Below, piece after piece: positions 12,419 to 23,615 of a DNA stretch of 64,000 nt (positions are counted from its first letter, which is position 1; the number at the start of each line of letters is the position of its first letter). The notes below the pieces were generated by a model. It was not told where the DNA came from and made no database searches. It saw only the letters and a program-made list of their open reading frames with translations. Location: the NCBI RefSeq assembly GCF_963921235.1, contig NC_086108.1:85934001-85998000 (forward strand), given 5' to 3'. A program made the position numbers and the translations under genes. The stretch is from Mobula hypostoma. Its lineage: Eukaryota.

Positions 12419-13998
12419 ATAGAAACATAGAAATATAGAAAACCTACAGCACAATACAGGCCCTTCAGCCCACAAAGCTGTGCCGAACATGTCCTTGCCT
12501 AAGAAATGACTTAGGGTTAACCATAGCCCTCTACTTTTCTAAGCTCCATGTACCCATCTAGGTGTCTCTTAGAAGACCCTATCGTATCTGCCTCCACCAC
12601 CGTTGCCAGCAGCCCATTCCACACACTCACCACTCTCTGTGTAAAAAACTTACCCCTGACATCTCCTCTGTACCTACTTCCAAGCACCTTAAAATTATGC
12701 CCTCTCATGCTAGCCATTTCAGCCCTGGGAAAAAGCCTCTGAGTATTCACATGATCAATGCCTCTCATTAACTTGTACACCTCTATCAGGTCACCTCTCA
12801 TCCTCCGTTAATCTAATGAGAAAAGGCCGAGTTCACTCAACCTATTCTCATAAGGCATGCTCCCCAGTCCAGGCAACATCCTTGTAAATCTCCTCTGCAC
12901 TCTTTCTATAGATTCTACATCCTTCCTGTAGTGAGGCTACCAGAATTGAGTACAAAACTCCAAATGGGGTCTGACCAGGGTCCTATAGAGCTGCAACATT
13001 TCCTCTTGGCTCCTAAACTCAATCCCACAATTGATGAAGGCCAACGTACCATATGCCTTCTTAACCACAGAGTCAACCTACACAGCAGTTTTGAGTGTGC
13101 TATGGACTTGGACCCCAAGATTCCTCTGATTCTCCACACTGCCAAGAGTCTTACCATTAATACTATATTCTGCCATCATACTTGACCTACCAAAATGAAC
13201 CACTTCACACTTATCTGGGTTGAACGCCATCTGCCACTTCTCAGCCCAGTTTTGCATCCTTTCAATGTCCAGCTGTAACCTCTGACAACCCTCCACACTA
13301 TCCACAACACCCCAACCTTTGTGTCATCAGCAAATTTACTAACCCATCCCCCCACTTCCTCATCCAGGTCATTTATAAAATCATGAAGAGTACGGGTCCC
13401 AGAATAGACCCCTGATGCACACCACTGGTCACCGACGTCCATGCAGAATATGACCTGTCTACAACCACTCTTTGCCTTCTGTGGGCAAGCCAATTCTGGA
13501 TCCACAAAACAATGTCCCCTTGGATCCCATGTCTCCTTACTTTCTCAATAAGCCTTGCATGGAGTACCTTATCAAATGCCTTGCTGAAATCCATATACAC
13601 TACATCTACTACTCTACCTTCATAAATGTGTTTAGTCTCATCCTCTTTCTTACTTTTTAAATCTTTTTATTGAGTAAGTATACAAAAAAGGTAAGCCATA
13701 TAAACATTAATACAATGTTAAAGTATAATAAAATTCCAAAAGATAACAATACCAAAAAGAAAATACTACAAACAATGTAATTTAAGCATAAGAAACCAAG
13801 ATAACATAATAGTATACTAGATTTTATATATATCAATGGAAAAAAAGAAAAAAAAACCCAAAAAAAAACCCACCGTGCAACTAACTAAAAGCAAAGGAAA
13901 GCAATGGGCTAACTTGAAACCAAACAGAGTTAAACTTAAAATCACGTCCTCAATCCCGACCTCCATTAAAACAGTAAAAAAAACAAGAAGGGTAAATA

Positions 13999-16900
13999 TT
14001 ACATTAAATGAAAATATCGAATAAAAGGTCCCCAAATCTGTTCAAATTTAAATGAAGAATCATAAAGGTTACTTCTAATTTTCTCCAGATTCAAACATAA
14101 AATCGTCTGAGAAAACCAAAAAAAGGTAGTTGGAGCATTAAGCTCTTTCCAATGTTGTAAAATACATCTTTTCGCCATTAAAGTAAGAAATGCAATCATT
14201 CTACGGGCTGAAGGGGAAAGATTACTAGAAATTTTAGGTAGTCCAAAGATAGCAGTAATAGGGTGAGGAGAGATATCTATATTTAATACCTTAGAAATAA
14301 TATTGAAAATATCTCTCCAAAAAGTTTCCAAAGTAGGGCAAGACCAAAACATATGAGTTAAAGAGGCTATCTGCCCCGAACATCTATCACAGAAAGGATT
14401 AATATGCGAGTAAAAACGCGCTAACTTATCTTTGGACATATGTGCTCTATGAACCACTTTAAATTGAATTAGGGAATGTTTAGCACAAATAGAGGAAGTA
14501 TTAACTAATTGTAAAATCTGCCCCCAATCATCCACAGAAATGGTAAGCCCCAATTCCTGTTCCCAATCTACCCTAATCTTATCAAATGGAGCTTTCCTAA
14601 GTTTCATAATAATATTATAAATCATAGCCGATGCACCTTTCTGACATGGATTAAGGTTAATTATCGAATCTAAAATATATATAGGAGGAAGCATTGGAAA
14701 GGAAGAAAGTATAGTACTTAGGAAATTTCTAACTTGTAAATATCTAAAAAAATGTATTCTTGATAAGTTATATTTATTAGATAATTGTTCAAAAGACATA
14801 AGGGAACCATCTAGAAATAAATCCAAAAACCGTAAAATACCCTTAGTCTTCCAAGTTTGAAAAGCGCGATCCGTAAAAGAGGGAGGAAAAAATATGTTAC
14901 CTAAAATAGGAATCGCTAACCCGAATTGATTAAGATCAAAAAATTTTCTGAATTGAAACCAAATACGCAAAGCATATTTAACAATCGGGTTAGAGACCTG
15001 CTTAAGGCGTTTCGAATCAAAAGGAAGAGATGAACCTAAAATAGAACCAAGTGTATAACCCTGAACAGATTGTAATTCCAATGCTACCCATTTAGGAATA
15101 GATAGTATGTCCCGGTCAAGTAACCAAAATTTCATATGTCGAATATTAATAGCCCAATAATAAAATCTAAAGTTAGGTAATGCTAAACCTCCATCTCTCT
15201 TAGCTTTCTGTAAATGTATTTTACCCAGTCTCGGATTCTTATTCTGCCAAATAAATGAAGAAATTTTAGAGTCGACTTTATCAAAAAAAGATTTAGGAAC
15301 AAAAATTGGTAATGCCTGAAACACATATAAAAATTTTGGCAAAAAAAACATCTTAACTGCATTAATACGACCAATCAAAGTTAAATATAAGGGAAACCAT
15401 TTAGATGAAAGTTGAGTAATATGGTCTATTAATGGTAAAAAGTTAGTCTTAAATAAATCTTTATGTTTACAAGTAATTTTAATCCCAAGATATGAAAGAT
15501 AATTATTAATCAATTTAAATGGAAATTTATAATATAAGGGAAGATGTTTATTAATCGGAAAAAGTTCACTCTTACTAAGATTTAATTTATAACCTGAGAA
15601 AAGACCAAATTGTGCTAATAACTCTAAAACAGCAGGAATAGATCTCTCAGGATTAGAAATATATAAAAGTAAATCATCAGCATAGAGTGATAATTTATGG
15701 GACTTTAATCCCTGAGTTATCCCAGTAATATTTGAAGATTCTCGAATAGCAATTGCAAGAGGTTCTAATGCAATATCAAATAATAGGGAACTAAGAGGAC
15801 AGCCTTGTCGAGTACCACGAAAGAGAGGAAAAAAAGCTGAGTTTAAAGAGTTAGTACGAACCGAGGCTACAGGGGAGTGATATAACAGTTTAATCCAGGA
15901 TATAAATTTCAAGCTAAAATTAAACATTTCAAGCACCTTAAATAAATAAGGCCATTCTACTCTATCAAAAGCTTTCTCGGCATCTAAAGAAATAACACAC
16001 TCAGGAAAATTTTGTGAGGAAGTATAAACGATATTTAACAATGTACGAATATTATAAAAAGAGTAACGACCTTTAATCAAACCCGTTTGGTCTTCCGAAA
16101 TAATAGAAGGAAGTACTTTTTCTAGTCTATTTGCTAATAACTTAGAAAAAACTTTAGAATCAACATTTAATAAAGATATTGGTCTATAAGATGCACATTG
16201 AGCAGGGTCTTTATCCTTCTTTAGTATTAAAGAAATTGATGCTCTATTAAAAGATTCCGGAAGTTTACCAAGTTTCAAAGAAGCCTCAAAAACTTTATAG
16301 AGCCAAGGAATCAATAAAGAGGCAAAACATTTATAAAATTCAACGGTAAACCCATCAGGGCCAGGAGCTTTCCCCAGATTCATAGAAAAAATAACATTCT
16401 TAATCTCATCCATTGTAATGGAAGTATCTAATAAAGAAGACATATCCTGTGAAATCTGAGGGAAGTCTAACTTATCTAAAAAATCATTCATATATTTAGA
16501 ATCTCGAGGAGACTCTGATTGATATAAAGAAGAATAAAAATCACAAAAGGTTTGATTAATCCCCACATGATCCAATATCAATCGATCATTTTGGTTATAA
16601 ATCTGATTAATTTGAGATTTAACATAATTAGATTTCAATTGATTAGCCAGCAGCTTCCCAATTTTATCACTGTGAACATAAAAATCACTTCTTGTTTTCT
16701 TTAATTGGTTTACAATCGAGGACGAGAGTAGTAAACTGTGTTCCATTTGAAGTTCAGTTCTTTGTTTGTATAGCTCCTCAGAAGGAGCCATAACATATTT
16801 CTTATCAATTTCTTTAATCTTGTCCACAATTGCCATCTCCTCCTGCTTCTGTTTCTTCCTCAAAGCAACGGAATACGAAATAATCTGACCCCGAATATAG

Positions 16901-17777
16901 GCTTTAAAAGTGTCCCAAAGAGTGTTAACCGAAATATCTTCTGTATGGTTAATTGTAAAAAAAAGCTCAATCTGTTCATTCATAAAATTAACAAAGTCCG
17001 AGTCCTGAAGCAACAGCGAATTAAAACGCCATTGTCTATTGTTTAGTATATTGGCCATAATTTTAATAGAAAGCTTAAGTGGAGCATGATCCGAAATGGT
17101 TATAGAATCATAATCACATTTAATCACTGAAGGAATGAGACGAGAATCAATAAAAAAATAATCAATTCTTGAATAGGAATGATGAACATGTGAAAAAAAG
17201 GAAAAATCTTTTTCCTGAGGATGCAGAAAACGCCAAATGTCCGTCGACCCAGAATCAGAAAGGAAAAAATTAATCAAATTTACAGATTTATTAGGTAAAG
17301 TCCGTAAAGGAGCCGAACGGTCCAAAGCTGGAGATAAACAGGTATTAAGATCTCCACCCCAAATCAATGAAAACTCGTTCAAATTAGGAAACTGATCAAA
17401 CAGTGATTTATAAAATTCCGGACAATCCATATTAGGAGCATAAACATTAACCAAAACTACTTTTTTATTAAATAGTAAACCACTAACCAATAAAAATCTA
17501 CCATTTGGATCAGAGATAATATCCTGTTGTATAAAAGTAACTGAGGAATCTATAAAAATATAGAGGCGCCTCGAATCTTAGCATTGGAGTTCGAATGAAA
17601 TTGTTGTCCCTTCCAGAATTTGAAAAAACGTAGTCTGTCCCCCCTCCGTACATGGGTCTCTTGTAAAAATAAAATTTGTGCTTTAAGTCTCCGGAACACT
17701 TTAAAAACTTTTTTTCTTTTAATAGGATGATTAAGACCATTAGTATTCCAGGAGACAAAATTAATAATAGACTCCAT
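13999..17777 (-). CDS. L1 ORF2p (APE endonuclease, RT, CCHC) with one frameshift near 17553-17562
   Basis: ATG at 17777 (MESIINFVSWNTNGL); GDLN, SRIDYFF, SDH, QGCPLS, YADD and CDRC..HMFWSC all present; 1163-aa open frame after the shift. Confidence 0.92.
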
Positions 17778-18497
17778 AAATCCTAAAGTCAACCCACAAC
17801 AAGGAGGGTTGACAATAGGCGTGACCCACAAACCCGGAGAGGAAACAGAACATACAAAAGATACCGGGGAAAAGGACGCAACCAGTACTTCAATAATGTA
17901 TATAGCCCAAAGAAAAAAAAACTAAAACGTGAAGCCCCTCCCACCACCCCCCGCCCCAAGACCCCAAGGCAAAATCTAAAGCAGACCCGCCAGAAAGAAG
18001 CAAGCGCTAAAACTACCCCCATGACTTCCGGTATACGCTCCCTAAAAAAAAGGTATAAGTATGAAAAGGATCAGCTAATTGTAAAACAGTAAAAAAATAA
18101 GTAAAAAAAAGTTAGCTCAATTAGAATACACACAGAACAGAACAAAAGCCGGAAAATATATATTAAGAAAAACCACAATAAACCTCAAACTCATGAATAG
18201 ACACAGCAACAAAAAAAAATAGGATTATTAACATAAAGTGATTATAAAAAGCAAAACAGAATAAAATTTAAAAAAACTACAAAATTTAAGGCCGCACAGG
18301 AAATACGTAAGATGACAAAAGGGAAGTAACCACCCAGAATCCCCTGGGAAAAGAAAGAAATGACGCAGTTAAAAAGAAAGTTTAGCAGCCATATTAAGAA
18401 ATCAAAAGTAAACTTTTCTGCCCAAATAGGGCACAGAAAAGTTAAAACCAACCAATTCACAGCCTCCGATCAACGGAGAAAATTAAAAAAAAGGCAA

Positions 18498-19379
18498 TTA
18501 AGATGTTGAAGATGAAAGTTGATCCAGATAACTCTGGGCATCCGATGGAGAATCAAAAAAACGAAGGGCTCCATCTGACATGCGAATCCTTAGACGTGCA
18601 GGGTACAGCAGCGCTGGTCTTAAATCCATCTTATAGAATTCCGACATCACGGATCTGTAACGGACCCGTTGGTCCCAGATTGGTTTACTGAAATCTTCCA
18701 CAAATCGGAACTTAAGATCCGAAAAATCAATGAAACCTTTAGATCGAGCGAATCGAAACAGTCTCTCCTTGTCTTGAAAGTAATGAAAACGTAAGATAAC
18801 ATGCCTAGGTCTATCTGACCTAGACGAGTATGATGGGATTCTGTGAACACGATCCAGTAGCGGTGGTTGGTCAGGAAATACAGTAGGGAATGCATCTTTT
18901 AAAAGCTGAGAGAAATATTTCATGGGGTTGTTAGCTTCAACGGCTTCCCTCACGCCAATCATTCGTAAATTCTGCCGTCGCATTCTAGATTCCAAGTCAG
19001 AGTTTTTAAAAGTCAAAAAGTCAAGTTTCTTCTTCATTACATTAATTGTTTCTTCGATTTTCCCCATCTTAAGCTCACTTTGTTGCGCGAATTTTTGAAG
19101 ATCAGATATAGCCGACTGATGTTCCGCAATACATGTTTGCATCTTATCAATTAAATCGGCAATTTTCTGGAAATTAGTTGAGATCTCCGTATGAATCAGG
19201 TCTTTAACAAAGCGTGCAATTTCCGTACGAATCATCTCCCTAACAGAGGTTGAAATTTCCCTCTGAATTAACTCCGATATCGCTTTCAAAGTCACCGGTG
19301 ATTCAGTCGGAGGGAGATCCGTAGCTTTCGGTTTAACCGGAGGTTTACCATCCTTGCCGTTTTTCCCGTTCTTAGACAT
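18498..19379 (-). CDS. L1 ORF1p (coiled coil, RRM, CTD), intact, 293 aa
   Basis: DLESRMRRQNLRMIGVRE, LDRVHR, RPRHVILRF, LLYPARLRI motifs. Confidence 0.92.
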   Translation of the reverse strand: MSKNGKNGKDGKPPVKPKATDLPPTESPVTLKAISELIQREISTSVREMIRTEIARFVKDLIHTEISTNFQKIADLIDKMQTCIAEHQSAISDLQKFAQQSELKMGKIEETINVMKKKLDFLTFKNSDLESRMRRQNLRMIGVREAVEANNPMKYFSQLLKDAFPTVFPDQPPLLDRVHRIPSYSSRSDRPRHVILRFHYFQDKERLFRFARSKGFIDFSDLKFRFVEDFSKPIWDQRVRYRSVMSEFYKMDLRPALLYPARLRIRMSDGALRFFDSPSDAQSYLDQLSSSTS

Positions 19380-19906
19380 AGCAGATCTAAGTATCTTCCA
19401 ATTGTCAGAGAATTCAGTTTAATTCAAAGTATTGTAAAAATTGATGCCTTAATGGTTAATTAAAGTATAGCTGACCATAGAGAAAAAAAACTCAGAGGTA
19501 ATGGAGCGAGTCAAGAACGCGACTTCACTCCATGAGCGCTACCGGAAGTCCCCCAGTCTCATCCTCAAAAAATTCAATCCGGCTTGTAAGGTATGACCTG
19601 CCTTTGACAAACCCATGCTGTCTGTTCCTAATAATATTATGCCTCTCCAAATGTTCATAAGTCCTGCCTCTCAGGAACTTCTCCATCAGCTTACCAACCA
19701 CTGAAGTAAGACTCACTGGTTTCTAATTTCCTGGGCTATCTCTACTCCCTCTCTTGAATAAGGGGACAACATCCACAACCCTCCAATCCTCCAGAATCTC
19801 TCCCATCCCCATTGATGATGTAAAGAGCATTGCCAGAGGCTCAACAATCTCCTCCCTCACCTCCCACATTAGCCTGGAGTACATCTCGTCTGGTCTCGTT
19901 GACGTA

Positions 19907-20778
19907 GTCTATGTCCACACTAGACCGGATAATTTTTAAAATGTTGGTTTCACGTAACAATGACAGGTGTCCACAGTAGGCATTTTTGAAGATACCTCTG
20001 TCCACATTAAAACGGATATTTGGGCGAATCTCCTTCTAGGCATGCACAGACACACAGAAAACAAGCGAAGAGTAAACAGTATACCTGGTGCACGTTTGTC
20101 CAGTTACAAACTAGAAAAACTTAAAAGGAAATTGGCAAACGAAAGACTTGGTGCGTGCTTGTCCAGAAACATTTCCTACAGCCATAGTCTCTTCACCGAT
20201 GAAAGGGACGACAGCTACAACTAAATGCAATAATGCTTGTTACTGGGCAATGGTGAAATTGCTGTTACCTCATTTGTTTGCCTTTACTTTTGCCATGTCT
20301 TTGCGTATTATTTTGCTGTATTTAACATGTGCAATAAAACGAGCTACTGGGCAAAAGTGACAATTGCATCTATTGAATGTTTGCACAAGCAATACATTTA
20401 TAAAGCACCTTGTTAAATGTATAAAACATGTCTGCATCAGTGTTATCTTGTAGTTCCATACAACGTTACATTAGGCTGTTACACAACTATTGTCAGATAT
20501 TGTGGTGGTGTTGCAGGTTGCGTTCAAGAAAACAATGAAATACTGCGCTGTTGCCACCATTTGTTCTGGCATGTTATGACAGCGGTTTTAAAAACAGCCA
20601 GTTACTCCGTACACACTATGTCGGATATTAGGCGTTTTCAGATTTATTCACTCTGGAGAGCGTTTCTGAAAAGATCCGTTTTCGGGGGAGGAAAACGCCA
20701 TTTCAATGTGGACGGAGGGTCAAAACGAAGAGAAAAAGCTTCGGTTTCGGATTTATCCGGTCTAGTGTGGATGTAGCC
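19907..20778. mobile_element. PIF/Harbinger-type non-autonomous element (MITE)
   Basis: 26-bp TIRs GTCTATGTCCACACTAGACCGGATAA / TTATCCGGTCTAGTGTGGATGTAGCC; TAA on the right flank; splits the CR1. Confidence 0.8.
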
Positions 20779-21364
20779 TAAGTCAACTTGATCTTTCCAA
20801 AAGCTCTAGCACATCCTTTTCCTTAATATCTATGTGTTCAAGCTTTTCAGTCCACTGTAAGTCATCCCTACATTCGCCAAGATCCTTTTTTGTAGTGAAT
20901 ACTGAAGCAAAGTACTCACTAAGTACCTCTGCTATTTCCTCCGGTTCCATACACACTTTTCCACTGTCACACTTGAGTGGTCCTATTCTCTCATGTCTTA
21001 CCCTCTTGCTCTTCACATACTTGTAGAATGCCTTGGGGTTTTCCTTAATCCTGTCCACCAAGGCCTTCTCATGGCCCCTTCTGGCTCTCCTGATTTGATT
21101 CTTAAGCTCCTTCCTGCCAGCCTTATAATCTTCTTGATCTCTATCATTACCTAGTTTTATGGCTATTATTTCAGCCTTGAGCTGTATGCCAATGTAAATG
21201 AAAGGAGGTCAGTTCTGACTGTGAGTGATGGCATTCTACCATATGATGGTAAGGAAGACTGTCATTGCCTCATGAGAAGAAGCACTGATTGGTGGAGAAT
21301 TGCCTATTCTCCAGAATGTTGAGTAGAATGTGCCCATGTCATTTTCAAATGTGCCGAAAGTGGA

Positions 21365-21900
21365 GCAAAAATGAAGGAACTCAATGGGTCAGTCTGCATC
21401 TGTGGAAGAGGATGTACATTCAGTGTTTTGAGTCAAGACACTTCAGATGAACAAAGACCGGAGGAGAGGAGAGATGAGGGGGATGTGTGCGGCAAGAGAA
21501 GCTATATGTAATAGGAGGCTGATTTGTAGGTGAGGAGGGAAAATGGAAATGGTGATAGAGATTGGGAGGTGATGATTGAAGACAGCAAAATTCAGCAGAT
21601 TATAAACTCTAATAAGAAAGTAGATGGACAGGGGATCTAAATAAGGGAGGAAAGGTGAGCAGCATGAACAATGGAGGGAGAGGAATAGAGGTTTCTGTGG
21701 GCTGAATGTGTGGGGTGATGGGCATGTGGAATAGCTGGTGAGAGTGGAAAAATTAGGTGATCAGGTGGTGGAGGTGTGGTGGGTTTTGGATAGATGGAAG
21801 AGAGTTTGAGACTTTGGTAAATCAGAAGGAGAGAGAATGGGAGAGGGGGGAGCAGTTACCTGAACTGGAGAACTCAGTGATCATGTTGTAGTGTTATAGA
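21365..21900 (-). mobile_element. Penelope-like 3' end remnant
   Basis: Minus strand ..TEFSSSG-like decay of the GIY-YIG C-terminal MNIEFSNFR*, a CT-rich UTR and the terminal motif shared with other copies. Confidence 0.6.
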
Positions 21901-21964
21901 AAATGTCCAATCTGTGTGCCAGCTCATCACCCTGTGCAATGTTATTGCCATAGCATATGGTGGT

Positions 21965-22215
21965 AGTGTAGAGTGGTGACTCAGGAGTTAAATTATTGGA
22001 TAATTAATCCATCAGGTCTGATTAACAACCTTGAGACCTGACTTTAAATCTCACTAGGCAGCTGTGGAATGTAAAATCTATTAATATTCTGGAATTTGAA
22101 ATAAAAACCCTTTTTATTTAGGTTGACTGGATGTTCATAGTAGCCTAGCATCCCTTCAAGGGAGGAATCTGTCATCCTCCTTGCTCATGTTGTGTAGTTG
22201 ACTGTTTAAAAAAAC
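21965..22215 (+). mobile_element. Old elasmobranch-type SINE remnant
   Basis: TTTAAATCTCACTAGGCAGCTGTGGAAT..CTGGAAT..AGGGAGGAATCTGTCATCCT; related minus-strand copies at about 38020-38250 and 55590-55960. Confidence 0.5.
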
Positions 22216-22486
22216 TGCACTGGCATTTTGAACCATGCATTACCGTCAATTACATAATTACCAAGAGTTGTACCAGCAGAGCTAAATTTAAATAAACCCT
22301 ACAGTATTTCATCTCTGATGTAAGATATCAGGTGGAGTGGTGGTGGCAATTCTAGATGACAAAGTCCTTGCATAATAACCTGTATCATTATCTACTGTGA
22401 TGTCATTGTTCTGGTCATGATTAACTACTGATCTCCCAGGTGTTTTCACCATGACATACTGTAGCAATACACATAATGTGTTAGCA

Positions 22487-22729
22487 CAGTGGTCCCCAAC
22501 CTCTGGGCTGCAGACCGATTCTGGGCCGCGAAGAATGTGCGTTGCAGCGGTAGCCAGAACGCACCCAGCACATCTTTTAGAGAAAAGCCAAAATAAACAA
22601 GCTAATTAATTAGGTGCCGCCCGGCACGTAAATGTCAGCCCAGATCAGAGGCGACGCAATCGGCAATTGCACCCCCTGCATTCTTCGTGGCCCGGTATCG
22701 GTCCATGGCCTGGAGGTTGGGGGCCGCTG
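22487..22729. mobile_element. hAT (Charlie-like) MITE
   Basis: About 51-bp imperfect TIRs starting CAGTGGTCCCCAACC / GGTTGGGGGCCGCTG; degenerate 8-bp TSD TGTTAGCA / TGCTAGAG. Confidence 0.8.
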
Positions 22730-22940
22730 TGCTAGAGGAGCTCAGTAGGTCAGGCAGCATCTATGGATGGGAATAGACAGTTGATGTTTTGGGCCGAGAC
22801 CCTCCATCAGGGCCTTAAAAATGTTGGCCCAAAATATCGACTGTTGATTCCCATCCATAGATGCTGCCTGACCTACTAAGCTCCTCTAGCACATCTTGAG
22901 TATTGCTTTAGACCTCCAACATCTGCAGTACCTCTTGAGT
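22730..22940. repeat. Penelope-derived palindrome with about 66-bp arms
   Basis: Arms 22730-22795 and 22826-22891 differ at 5 positions by eye. Confidence 0.85.
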
Positions 22941-23536
22941 CTGTGACTTACTGTATATAGGTTGTATTCCTTGCCTGTGTGCTGTTCTTTCTTGACCAGA
23001 ATCCATCTAGAATTGTTGTTCTCATTTCCCATTTGCTTTAAAGGAGATATGCCAATTTATAACTTACCAATTTTGAAAAAAAAAACAAGACTATATGTAA
23101 TATTAGAAGCAGGAGCAGTAATAGATCACCCAGCTCTTCATCTCGGCTTCACCATTCAATAAGATCGTGGCTGATCCAATGACTATTTTGCAATTTAATT
23201 GTTCACAAGTTTTTTCTTAAATAAATTCAATTTCCACTTCCAGAGCTCTCTGAAGTAGAGAATTCCAAAAGTCATAGTTACCCAAGGGAAATAATTCATC
23301 CACATCTCCATCTTAAATGTGCCCTACAATTCTAGGTACTCTCTGTAGGGGAAACATCCTGTCAACACCTTGCTGTCAGTCTTCCTCAAAATTCTCTAAA
23401 TTTCAATAGGAATATCTCTTTTTTCTATACTTCAGTGAGTATAGACACAAACGACTCCAGCATTCTTCATTCATCAAAGCATTCGTCTCTAGAATCCACC
23501 TGATGGATCCCTTCTGAATCATTTCCAGGGCAAGTA

Positions 23537-23614
23537 TGTTGTTGTTCAGTCATTAAGTCGAGTCTGACTCTTTGTGACCTCATGGACTCCTGCTAACAAT
23601 AGACAATAGACAAT
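23537..23614 (-). mobile_element. BovB-type RTE 3' terminus
   Basis: Minus strand GTCCATGAGGTCACAAAGAGTCAGACTCGACTTAATGACTGAACAACAACA, translating AGVHEVTKSQTRLND*, with a (CAA)n tail. Confidence 0.88.
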
Positions 23615-23615
23615 A

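Larger units (their letters stand above)
13646..19554 (-). mobile_element. Full-length L1-clade LINE (5.9 kb)
   Basis: TSD AGTCTCATCCTC at 13634-13645 and 19555-19566; 5' end GGGGGACTTCCGG; ORF1 and ORF2; AATAAA and A-rich tail. Confidence 0.96.
12419..21158 (-). mobile_element. CR1 LINE host split by an L1 and a Harbinger MITE
   Basis: Collinear pieces 12419-13645, 19555-19906 and 20779-21158; same subfamily as 48366-50464; (TTCTATGT)-type tail at 12419-12440. Confidence 0.92.
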
